Positions 9,434 to 21,555 of a DNA stretch of 64,000 nucleotides are shown piece by piece. The position numbers were made by a program, and so were the translations under genes. Below the pieces are notes generated by a model that saw nothing but the letters and a program-made list of their open reading frames with translations, had not been told where the DNA came from and did not search any database. Position 1 is the first letter of the stretch, and each line of letters opens with the position of its first letter. Source of the DNA: Mytilus trossulus (lineage: Eukaryota); the NCBI RefSeq assembly GCF_036588685.1, contig NC_086380.1, forward strand, positions 10,469,347 to 10,533,346. Direction: 5' to 3'.

Positions 9434-12400
9434 TGTGAGGATTTTGTTTTACAGTGAGACATAATCTTTTAATTTTCCGGGATTCTAAATAGTATAATGA
9501 TGTTGTATAACTATCCAGATATTTTTTCCGTTTTCTTTGTAAAGTTTTTCCTAATGGTATGGTATAATTGTTTTTATATTCTCTCTAGCTTGTAATGGTT
9601 TATAGATGTTCCTGTCAATTGGTCCAATATAAGCTCTACTTTCTTTTTTTTTTACTGCAGTGTAATGATTTCTGGTTCGGATACTGTATAATACTCTAGA
9701 CATTTGTTTATACGTGTAATGGTAAGTGTTGATTTTCTTAGGACGTTCCTTAAAAATAAACCAAATATTGTCTAAGATGGTTATGCCAAATCTTTAGCTG
9801 ACAATATTCTTCTTCGCACTTACCTGATGAAGTCTTAACTCTTTAAATATATTTTTTTCATATATTTCCGATGTAACTGGTACACCTTGTTTTTAACACC
9901 CTTCCCCTTTTTACCCCTTTTGAGGTTGTTTTTTTTTATTCAGCTCTTTTTGATTTAATCATCAACATATCAACTTGATCTGGTTGAATATTTGATTAAA
10001 GTGTTTACCGATATTAACTGAAATAACTTATAATTATAAATTATAACTAGCCTATATATATTTCGACAACTTTTCCTTGTTCCATATTTGATAATTTATT
10101 TTTTTAATATACTGTTTTTCTTAGAATTCTATTTTAAGAATTATTCGCAATGAGGAAGTTTTTGTAAGAAACGTAGCAGGTATAGGGGGAGGGTTGAGAT
10201 CTTACAATAATATTTAAATCCGCCACATTTTAGACTCTGTTCTTCGTAAGCCTTGTATGATTTTATAATTCTAGTTCACTTATATGTTTTTGAGTTCAGT
10301 ATGTCATCCATTTGTATTAAGAAGCCACCTAAGGGTACAAGAAGGTCTCACTGTGTTGAAAGACATAATTGTGGCCTTCGGCTGTTATCTACTGTTTGGT
10401 CGGGTTGTTTCCTCTTTGACCTTCCCCATTGGCATTCTAAATTTTGTTTCCCATACTTTGGCATTAAATATAAATGATATTTTCCCTACAGAAGCATGAA
10501 CTAGGAAATGTTTCCCTTAACTGAAACAAGTTGATAATATAGTTTCAGTTTCACATCTTACATTTATTTAATTATTAAAAATATTTTAAATAGGAAATAT
10601 TTATGTAGTATTATAAATTAATTTATACATTATTTATTTTATTACCCCCATTGGAAATAAGTTTGTGTTTGACTGCACGGGTAAAAGATATGCATAAAGT
10701 CACAACCATTGCAAACTATACATGCTATATATTAAGTTTGTATTTACATATGTTTCTGAATCGTGCAAATAGTATGTATACATTGGCATTAGATTAGAAT
10801 AAGGTTTAAAAGTTTACACTCCTTAACATCTTATGGATACTAGTGGTTCTACGTATGCATTGAATAATTGCTACTGGACATTCAACAAACAATCAAAAAT
10901 ACTAATGTAAGAATTGCAGATTCCTTGATAATATATGTACTTTCAAATTAAAAAAAAATCACTTACAGCTAGTATGCATGAAACAATACTTCATATAAAA
11001 ATTTGTTAAATTGATTAACCTTTTAGAAGGTTTCAAAAATCAAACAGTAACAATTTAGGCATATGAGATGAACACAAGATCCTAAGCTATCTAAAGCACT
11101 GAATAGGTTCCCCTTTCATAAAATTTTGAAATAACCTTTAGAGCGTTTAATACGCTCCCCTTTCTTGGACATGGAATATAATTTCTTTCTGTCCCAATTT
11201 ATTACGCAAGACTGTATGATGTTTCTAGCGGCCACTGATGCAAACTTTTGTTGAAGTTTGTGATTAGGTCAGTATAAAGGGAACCACTAATGGTAATTCA
11301 AATATATTTAAAATGCACTTATATAAACAATGGCACATCTGATTTCCATGTAGATTATTGGGTCCGGTCCTCTCATTCATGATCTATTGAGTTTGGAACT
11401 TTTTTCATAATTTACATGTTAAGTTGATGAAGTATCGGTCTTTTGACTAGGAAAATTTTGCATAGTTTATACGTAAAAGTTGGTAATAAGGTCTGTTTAA
11501 GGGGAACCACTTATGATAAGTAAATGATACCACTTCTTGGTATGCAGTTCTAATAGCATTGGCATATGTTATATTTCAGTAATTGTTGCAATTTGTTAAG
11601 ATCGGTAAAATTCATATAATTTGTACAATTTTATTGCAGAAATGTGTAACTGTATAGCCTTTCTTCTAGATTAAACCTGTTGATTATAAACATGAAAACT
11701 TATCTATGGAATAGCTGCATTATTTAAAAGAAGAAATGATGCTGCCTTTTGTAATTTTATTAGTTAGTAAGAACATTGCCCGAAGCACATTCTGCATGAA
11801 ACACTGAAGCATTTCACACTTGACATATATACACAGGCAACCCTTACACAACCCTATTAAATTTTAAAAGAGCCATTTATTCCTTATGATTACATCTTTA
11901 TGTTATAGCCATGTAATTACCAGTCAGGCCTTTCAATAGTTTTAACATGTGGGGTTATAGATGTTGCATTTTCCAGAGAATTCATTATTGTTCATAGGAT
12001 ACCATTTTTTTGTTGTCTTTGTAAATACAGGAGAAAACCTTTAATTTAAATGTTCAACAAATGACAAATTGTTAATAAAACATGTATGCAAAGTTTGGCA
12101 AAACCACGAAATTATATATATATATATATCTTTTTCTAAAAATGAGGGTACTCTTTATATGGCCTTCCAAATACCGTTTCGATCCCTAACATCACTGAAG
12201 AGACATTTATTGTCGAAATCCGGATCTGGTGTACTAAAAAAATATTGACACCGTATGTTTGTGGCAAAACACCGTGGCCACAAGTTAATTTTTTTTTAAG
12301 AAATAATTCATGGGGGCTTGAATATATCGTGATTTTACCACGGGTTGGCCCTTTATGACAAATATTTTATCCTGAGCGATAGCGAGATTCAAGCCCCCAT

Positions 12401-12479
12401 GAATTATTTCGATTCTAATAGGTCAAATACGGCAATTCTTTTGGATCGGAGCGCTCTAGGTGGAGGCATATATTTGCTG

Positions 12480-14530
12480 TTCCCAGAAATAAAGGTTACA
12501 CGCCATTATTCCGACAGCCCATTAGTCCGTCAGCCCATTGGTCCGACAACCCAATATTCCGACAACTCATTGCTCTGACAATCCATTGATCCGACAGCCC
12601 AATACTCCAACAACCCATAAGTCCGACACTTATCATGTCAAGTATCAGGGTCAAATAAAATTTGTCTGTCTGTATTATTACTTTTAAATATGTAATAACA
12701 TATAACTCCGTATATATAATGCTGAGTTCATTCGTAATTCGAATTCGATTCGCATAAAATAATTCGAATTAGTCCTAACGTCAATTCTAATTCGAATTAC
12801 AATGAGCGTCAAATTCGCTTAACTGTCCAAACGGCATTAACTTTAATTCGTATTAGCAAAAGCATATTTCTAATCCGAATTAGATAATTGGAATTGGCCA
12901 ATTCTAATCAATTCGAATTAGAAAAGAAGAGTGTGTGAACGCTTTTCGATTCGAATTAAATGTACGTGTGAACGAGGCATAAAATAAGGCCTATGTAGTT
13001 CGAATACTTTCTTTATACTTAATTCGAAATCTGTATATAGAATTGAACAGAAAAGAATATTTCATATTCCAAATTAAAGGGTCTATAAAGAGCATATAAA
13101 TCAAGAACAACGAGTGATAGTGCGAGCTACTGATGATTCCCCCGCTCACAAATTTCGTTGTAGAGTTATGAATCTGAAAAAGTATCGCACAGTATAGCTC
13201 ACATGTATAAACATTGAACCAAATTTCAGAAATCATTGTATTGTAGTTCCTGAGAACAATGTGACGAACATTTTTAACTTGGCTGTCATGTGAAAAGTGT
13301 TCGGTAAACAGGAAGTTGTTGACAATGAATCTGAAAACTCATCACACGATATAGCCGACTTCAACAAACCTTTCAGAAATCCTTGTATTTTAGTTCATAA
13401 AAAAAAATGCAACGAAAATATTCATGGAATTGACGGATGAACTGACTGACTGACTGACGGATGGACGGTTGGACGGACGGACAGACAGAGGCAAAACAGT
13501 TTTCGAAGCGGCGGTATAATGATTGGGTTAACATTAAGACTTTACAATACTAGTATAATAATATAATTATCTTTATAGCCCCATACGCCTCAGTGAGAAT
13601 CGGAGCCAAAATAAAATAAAAAAACTCAACTAACACATTGATATGAAATAACAGTGCTTATCAAGACATGCACTACATAATTCAAAAGAACTAGCAATAT
13701 AATCATCAGTTCCCCTCTTAATAGTAAAATTTTCTTGTGTTATCAATATTTAACTTTTTAAAGTTCTGACATGTGCTAGATATATGCTAAAAGAGTTCCT
13801 CCCTCAAATTATTATTAAGTGAGCATTCGATTGAAAAATGACGCTCATCCTCAACTTTATCCGTTGTACAATACGATTTTTTGAGTATATGACATTTTCA
13901 ATTCTTAACGTAATGGGTGAGCACCGATTTTTAATTAACATATGAAGTACCTTTCTTAAAATCAATGATATCTTCATATTTTTCTTCTTGATCACAATCT
14001 TTAAATGAAAAATAAGTGTCAAGTTTGCCATAAAAAAACATAATGTACTAAGTTTTTACAATTAGACAATGTATATACAGTCTCTGACCCCGCCGATATC
14101 ACTTTTCCTCATGACTATTTTTAAAGTAGAAGTTGCCGAAATGTTCTTGTCCGTCATATTTGTCGTAATACGACCGCAAAACTTTTTTTTAGGGATCGTA
14201 TAATGGTATGATGTCGCCGTCTGTGTCGCCTGCGTCAAGGGTAAGGACTGAGCAGTTAAAACAAGTATGTGTTTCAACTCCAATATATGAGACAAATATC
14301 CCGCATGGAAAGAATGATTGGAAAAAAAACGGACAACCCCAAATATAAAAGAGAAAAGATCTAGAGTTGGTCTTTTTAGAGAAAATTTTCCCAAAAACAC
14401 AAGACAGATGCATTGTCGGAATAATGGGCTGTCGGAGTAATGGGCTGTCGGAATAGTGTGCTGTCGGAGTAATGGGCTGTCGGAATAATGGGCTGTCGGA
14501 ATAATGGTTGTCGGACTAATGGGATGTCAC
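12480..14530. mobile_element. Nested element with long terminal inverted repeats built from tandem 17-18-bp units (cattggtccgacagccc-like)
   Basis: 12490-12620 is the reverse complement of 14400-14530 (ggactaatgggctgtcggaataatgg...). The interior holds a cluster of palindromic aattcgaatt motifs (12700-13030, at least 10 occurrences) and a tandem 130-bp duplication (13150-13420). It interrupts the foldback arm. Confidence 0.55.
13437..13500. repeat. Microsatellite (GACT/GACG/GACA)n
   Basis: gacggatgaactgactgactgactgacggatggacggttggacggacggacagacag. Confidence 0.8.
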
Positions 14531-16089
14531 CGAAATGAACACACTATTAAATTGGCGTAAAAGAACGGAGCAAACTGAATTAGTGACATGCTTAAACTAT
14601 TTAAAATAACGTATATAGATAGTTTTGAATTAATTTAAATGATAATTTACTTATATGTCTTAAATGTTTAAACAAATATGGCTTATAACACATTTTAGCA
14701 TTGTTTGTTTACGTTTCCATAATGTGATGATTTTCGGTAATACAAGCGTGTATTTTCCCATAAAATGCTCATATTCTAACGTCATCGTTTTATGACGTCG
14801 CAAACTCATTCATAAAAAAAGCATATGACGTGGGAGTACGATCGGAACAGCCCATGCAATATATTCAAATTTTACCACGGGTGTGTACTCAAAGCGTTTG
14901 AAGGACGTCATGTTAGAATTAGTATTACATTTATATTAAAATTCATTTTGTTACATGTTGTGATCAATTTTATTTGGCAATCGCCAATGGCAGGCAGCAG
15001 GGTTAAAGAACATCAGTTGTTCGACCTGTTAGTCAGATGCGTTTTGTTTAAATATACTTTTGCTCTTTTTTGGTCTTTTGGAAAATGTTTTTTGTACTGA
15101 TTTTAATACCCTTCTACAACCAAATTTGTTTTACATGCACACGTTAAAAAAAATCGGTTTTTATCCAACGCATTTATAGGTTTGAACGTTGTTTTCAATT
15201 TAGACTCGTTTATATATAAATACTTTACGGAAAAGATTTACTGTTCACCGTCAACAAATCCGAAATAAAGAAATTAGGATGATTAACGTAAGTGAACACC
15301 GGGATTTATGCGCTAGCAACACAGCACCCAAATACTTTGTTTTCCCATTTTTCCAATGTTACGACAAATTCACTGAAGAAATGAGAATTAATATGGAACT
15401 TATATGCTTATACAAAAGTACAAACCCAGCCTAAACAGATAAGATGTTACTTTTGTAAGGGTTACCGACTTTCTATCGTGATGTTACGTTACCGTTAGTT
15501 ACATTCATCCATGATTATCACAACGATGTGAAACCGGAATTAACCCTCTTGCTGCCGGAGGGACACATATGTCCATGGTTAAATTTATGCAAGCTTCTCA
15601 TCAATGCTGTATCTCTTCCCATAAAAATATCGAAGATAAAACAGTGTTATGTTTTTGTCCAATGGGTCCCAAATGTAACGGTCATTATGTCGTGACGTCA
15701 TATATCGAATGACGTCGTTGTTTGGCATGTTACGTCACAGACATTGAGCTGTCGTATTTTCCGGCATATGAAATGCAACCTTGAAAACGGTCGGCAGCAA
15801 GAGTTTGTCAATTAAAACAGAAAGAGACGTAGAAATATCTGAATTTTTGGTATTTTGGTATTTGCGCAAGTGTAAATTAATTTGTTCCCCGGACTAATGC
15901 TATACCGAACAGAAACTTAAAAATTTACGACACTACAGTGACAAAAGTCAATAATTTCCGTCAGTTCTACCACTGTCTACAGGTTTAAAGAAAGTAAGAC
16001 AACATTAAAAGGTGAAGGAAAATACAAACACTATGACATCTTGTGTTTTAGAAATTGAAATCTAAGTTAAGTTAAGTTATTTAATATTA

Positions 16090-16190
16090 TATAAATCAAC
16101 CTTAGTTGCACGGGATTCGAACCGTTGCCCGGTTTCATTGCATTGATATCAGCATGGTAAGCGAGAGCCCTATCCCCACTGCTACCGGGG
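16090..16190 (-). other. tRNA-like segment, probably a tRNA-derived SINE head
   Basis: The reverse complement contains GGTTCGAATCC (a canonical T-loop) preceded by GTAGCAGTGGGGATAGGGCTCTCGCTTACCATGCTGA. I could not fold a complete cloverleaf by eye. Confidence 0.2.
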
Positions 16191-16599
16191 TTAACATTAT
16201 CAATAAGCAAATCCAGCCAGTTAAACCTTTCTTTGAAAATGATTGAAATATATGAAATAATTCATTAAATTCTTTTTTCGTTTTTGTACCTTATCGCATG
16301 GACTATATATATATATATATATATAGTTAAATAACCACCAAACTTTTTTCAATTGTTGATAATTGATTTCTCACAAAAATAAATGAATCTACAGGATACA
16401 AAATAAAATCAGTGTATCGTGTTGAACTGATATGTGATATAATTGTACTGAAACAAAATAAACCATCTACGTGAATTGGTCCCTGGAAAAAAGTTTTCTC
16501 ATATGTGATGAAAGAAGTGTTTAATTACCTTGACTGGATATACATGCCTCGCACGGTCGGTATTGTCCTCTGTAATCATACCTCATCTACATGATTCTA

Positions 16600-17300
16600 C
16601 ATCATTGAGTTTATAGTGGAAAGTTATCTTAATGGAGAGATGTCTTCTTCGCAATCATACCACATCATTTGGTCTCTGGTGAGAGTTGTTTCATTTGTAA
16701 TTATAACATATCTATATCATTTGGTCCCTTGTGAGAGTTCGCGTATTGATAATTATACTACATCTATATCATTTGGTCCTTGGGGGAGAATTTTCTCATC
16801 GGTGAATCTACCTCAGCTCTATGATTTGCTCTCTGGTGGAGATATGTCGCATTTGCAATCATACTACATCATCTATCTACATGATTTAGTCTCTATGGAG
16901 ATATGTATCTTTGGAAATCAAACCACATCTCCATCATTTTGTCTCTAATGGAGAGTTGTATCTCTGACAATCATACCACATCGCCATCATTTGGTCTCTG
17001 ATGGAGAGTTGTCTCATTGGCAGTCATACCACATCGCCATCATTTGGTCTCTGATGGAGAGCTGTCTCATTTGCAATCATACCACATCTCCATCATTTGG
17101 TCTCTGATGAAGAGTTGTTTCGTTGACAATCATACTATATCATCTATCTAAATGATTTAGCCTCTGTTGGTGATTTGTGTCGTTTGCAATCAAACCACAA
17201 CTTCATCATTTGGTCTCTGGTATGGAGTTGTCTCATTAGCAATTATACCAGATTTGCACCCTTTGGTCTCTGGTGGAGATTTGTTTCAATGGCCATCATA
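16600..17300. repeat. Minisatellite with units of about 42-60 bp (catcatttggtctctgatggagagttgtctcattggcaatcataccacatc)
   Basis: Tandem units are visible. It is followed by a roughly 600-bp unique tail (17300-17900) that recurs at 18130-18700 and 28130-28560. The same composite recurs at 26480-28560. Confidence 0.85.
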
Positions 17301-20300
17301 CCACATCATCTTATTTTTATACATATTAATATCATTGCAGCCCTAGGTTTATTTGTTGTCTTTACTCACAACGTATTTTCATCTATACTTTACTTACCTC
17401 CTACTTCAAAAGCATTCGTTTACTAATTTTGTCTTAGAATCGTAGCTACTACATCTTTTTCACACTCACTGTAAATGAATCTAATACGATGAAATCATTG
17501 TTGATGTAGGCGGACAAAATCAATTTCCCAGTATAATATGAGGTTGATGCAAAGATAATTTACAAAATCCCATTGTCATTGATTAACAATAATAAAATAA
17601 ACCCACTGACCTTGCATGTAAGTACCTTTTTTTCCTTTCTAATTTTCTAGTGCAACTTGCATTCGTAACGGAATATTAACGTCACAAAGCAAATAATGAT
17701 ATAAACAACTAAATTGATATGTTTGTGTGTAGAAAAAACATAATTCTAAACTTGACCGATTTGTTTTAAGTAAATTCCAAAAGTGGTTCCGGAGGCAATT
17801 AAGGGTGGGTTTTTTTACTTAGTCAAGACAAGAAATTTGCGCAAAGACCGAACAAATTAATTACCTTTTCAACGGTATCATTCAAATATTTTTTTCTAAA
17901 TTAACCACTATAAGGTATTGGTAATCTGCATTTTGATTTGTTTTGTTATCTGGTTTACCCGAATATTTTTTTATAGGAAACATCCCCCTCACCACAACCC
18001 ACCACTGTGACGGTAAATGGTCGTTTCGTTATATGTATACTTACATGTATACTGAAGAAAGTATAGATAACTGCAGTCATCTTTTTATAACAGAAAGTAC
18101 AGCATCTTTTCAACACTCATTTAAAAATTGTATGTTGTAAGATGAAATCAGGTGGACAAAATCAGTTTCCAAGAATAATGTTAGATTGATGAAAAGATAA
18201 TTTACAAAAACCTATTAACATTGATGAACAATAATAAAATAAACCCACTGTTCTTGAATGTAAGTACATATTTCCTTACAAATTTACTAGATAAGTGTTA
18301 CCTTCATTCATTATGAAACTTTCACGTCACAAAGCAATTAAAGATATGAACAACTAATATGTTTGTGCGTAGAAGGAAAATAATACAAAACTTGCCTTAT
18401 TTGTTTTAAGTATATGCCACACATGGTTTAAGGAGCGACCAATTAACTTTTTAACTTCAAGGAGGTATGGGTTTTTTGAGTCAGAAATTATTTTTTAAGT
18501 TTTTGGACGTTATCAATCACATCATTTTTTAATTTAACACTAAAAGGTAGGGTGGAAATCTGCATTCAGAATAAAACAAATGTGTGTTCTGCTTGACAAG
18601 AATATTTTGTTAGAAAAAAATATAACCCCTCCATCCCTCCCTGCCCAACCCCCATCTTGCAGTTAATTGGTCGTTTCCTTATATGATTACTTAGACGCCG
18701 AAGAAAGTAAAAATAGGTGAAAAAAATGTTTCTAGAGACTTTTAATGTCTTAGCATTTAGTTCAAGTGCAAGTCATTGTTTTTGAATGACAACTCTAATT
18801 TTCCATATTGAATGTAACATGTTTATACCATTAATGGCCTTAGCTGTTTTAACATTCATATCACATGTTCCTGTTCCTGTCCTGAATATGCATTTCATTC
18901 TCCACTGGACGTTAACCAGGAAGTCATCCATCTGAATCAAACTAACAGCATCCCAAATATTGCACACATATGCCAAATGTTCTTGTCATAAATTTGATAC
19001 AGTGATACATAAGTTAAAAAAAGCCATTTCTCAAAATCTTATATAACCCTTGTTTCTATTTCATAGTTTTTGGAGGAAAAAAGATACCAATTTTTTAAAT
19101 GTTTGCAAAAATTCTAGTGAGAATCAAATATTGGCTTTGTATCTTATAAACAAGGTAAAACCTTTTTTTCTGATTTTTTAGTTCTGTTGTTTATATTACT
19201 ATTAATGTTTAACAGTCTTTTAAAAAGTATGTTATTTTTGAAAAAAGAGAGTAGCAAGCATCCTTAACTGGTATAATCTGTCTGTTATTTATACAAACTG
19301 GTCAGCCATTCCATTTATATCTTTGCACCGAAGGAAAGGCTTCGAGCCAAGGTTACCTTGGCATTAATTGGACGAGTCTTAAAAATTCAACGATTCGCTA
19401 TCATGGCTATGAAATTGGCCAATTATATTGACAGGACCTTGAACTCAAATATTAATACTGCAATGCCGCAAAATAGATAAGTATCTGTTCATGAACCCAA
19501 TAGTGGCAGCGCAGATAAATGCGAGCGTGTTATCATACTCTTGAAAAACTGAGCCGATATCTCTCAATTCCTTAAGAACCCAGTAGGAATAAAAAAAAAA
19601 ATCATTTCTCGTTAAAGTTCCTATCAATATAATACTTAATAAACATATCACATGATGCACTAATCTCGTCTAAATTATTTAATCACGAAGACCGAAAGCT
19701 GACCGGGGGATTTAAGCTGTATCTGTTGTTAGTGTAGCTATAAGTGAACACAACAGGGGCCAGTTTACTTTTTATATTCCTTGCTATCATGAACTTCACT
19801 TTAACACCGTGACTTGAGACTATTATGTTAAACTAGTCTCAGAATACATCTATATACTATTACATGTTCTTCCTTATTCAGTAGTTAAGATATTTCATTA
19901 GTTAAAGGCATATTGATCATACTGTGAAACGAAATGATTTATTGATTTTAAAACTATACAACAGAGTACATGATTATTAGAAAATAAGTATATATGCCGT
20001 AAAGTTTGATGATTTATTGACTTTAAGGTGGTACGAAACACCTTGACTCAAATTAATTGGGCTAGTTTCTAAAAATTCTAAAAAATTGAACCACACACTT
20101 TATTGAAAAAATTTCATTCGATTTAAGTGAGTTTGACAAACACCATTTTTAACATTGAGATACTTAATACTTTCTTAACAATAAAACCGGATGAAAATAT
20201 TTAGCTGATTTTTTACAGTTATCACCCTGTTGTGCACGTGTCGTGTATCACTTTAAAACTAAATGACAATTACATGGTGTTTTTTTTTTGGCATTATATA

Positions 20301-21555
20301 ACAAATAGATATATATTAACTAGTACATTGTGAAAGAAGGATTTATGATATAAGGTCATTTTTTTGGCCTCTTTAAATCGAAAATCAAGAAGTATTAAAA
20401 CTCTACCAAAAATGATTCACTTCAACACTTGTTAAAATTCTAGTCTGTCAAACATCAGTATTAATATTTAAATTTTTGTCAAACACATTTATATTTGTGC
20501 TTCAACTTGAGTTGACAAAATTGCAAAGATAGCCTCATTTCGAAATCATTTCGATATAATATTTGTATTAACCATGCTTTACCCAAACATTTATTTTGCT
20601 ACTAGGTGTATTTGACAAAGATGTTAATGTTTGTCAATATGTTTCTTGGTAAGAATTTGGCTCATATTCATTTTCTCCAAAATTTGTGTGCAAAATGGTC
20701 CTTTTATGTTAATTTCAATATGTTACTGACACTACAGTAACATCACATCTGCCCTGTCTTCTCTAAAGACTCATGATTATACATGTTATAGGAGCATGTT
20801 CATTGATCAATATAATTAACAGAATTTTTCAAGGCATTTATAATTTCTATTTTTAGAATTTCAGCTCTTATCATACATGTCATACTTTCTCCTCTTTAAA
20901 TGTGATTTCATGTAAATAACCAGTATATGTTAAATGGTCAATTTACAAAACAGTCTATACATTTCATATCAACTTGTATCAATTTTTCTGACACAGATGC
21001 TATTTTTACAATTAATGTCTTTTCCGTACAAATGTCTCTACAGTACAAATGATGTTTGAGGCATATATATTTGATAATCTAATACTTAATTGTTGAATGC
21101 ATACCACATAGAAAATTATTGTAAAAAAGCTTGTCCTCAAAAAATTATTTAAAAATTAATTTCTTTTGGACAATCAATGGCTTAAGTAATTTATAATTAA
21201 GATTGCAGTCAGCGTGATTACCATGTAAGAGGTTAAGACTCATTAAAGCATATTGTCAACAACAGTGTTGTCTTCTGCGATTTCAAGGAAGAGTTAGATT
21301 TCATTTTAAAATTACACAAGGAATTTACTTAAACAAAAGCTTGTATGACCATTTCGATCAGCTCTTATAGCTGACGAAAAGTTATAAAGAAATGGGCTGC
21401 ATTCAATGATATTTCTATTGTAAACAATGACTGTGTGTTTGTCATAACTAATGACATTAGTCGATTTGATGCAGTCTGAATGCAGCACTTGTTAAATTAT
21501 ACTCGTCAATCTGTACACCAATACGAAAATACTTTCTTGCTAAATATCTCTCAAC

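Larger units (their letters stand above)
12299..15100 (+). mobile_element. Half-copy (one arm) of a foldback-type element related to the 59212-60543 palindrome, carrying a nested insertion
   Basis: 12299-12480 matches the palindrome terminus 59214-59400 (ttaagaaataattcatgggggcttgaatatatcgtgattttaccacgggttggccctttatgacaaatatttta.cctgagcgatagcgag...). 14550-14940 matches 59455-59850 (cacactattaaattg.cgtaaaa.aacggagcaaactgaat...catatgacgtggg.gtac...cccatg.aatatattca.attttaccacgggtgtgtactcaaagcgtttgaaggacgtcatgttagaatt). Confidence 0.6.

Noticed and set aside
14062-14413. 112- and 74-aa minus-strand ORFs inside the nested TIR element
   Set aside because: No motif is recognisable. They are bounded by the element's repeat structure and are probably chance ORFs in non-autonomous element sequence.
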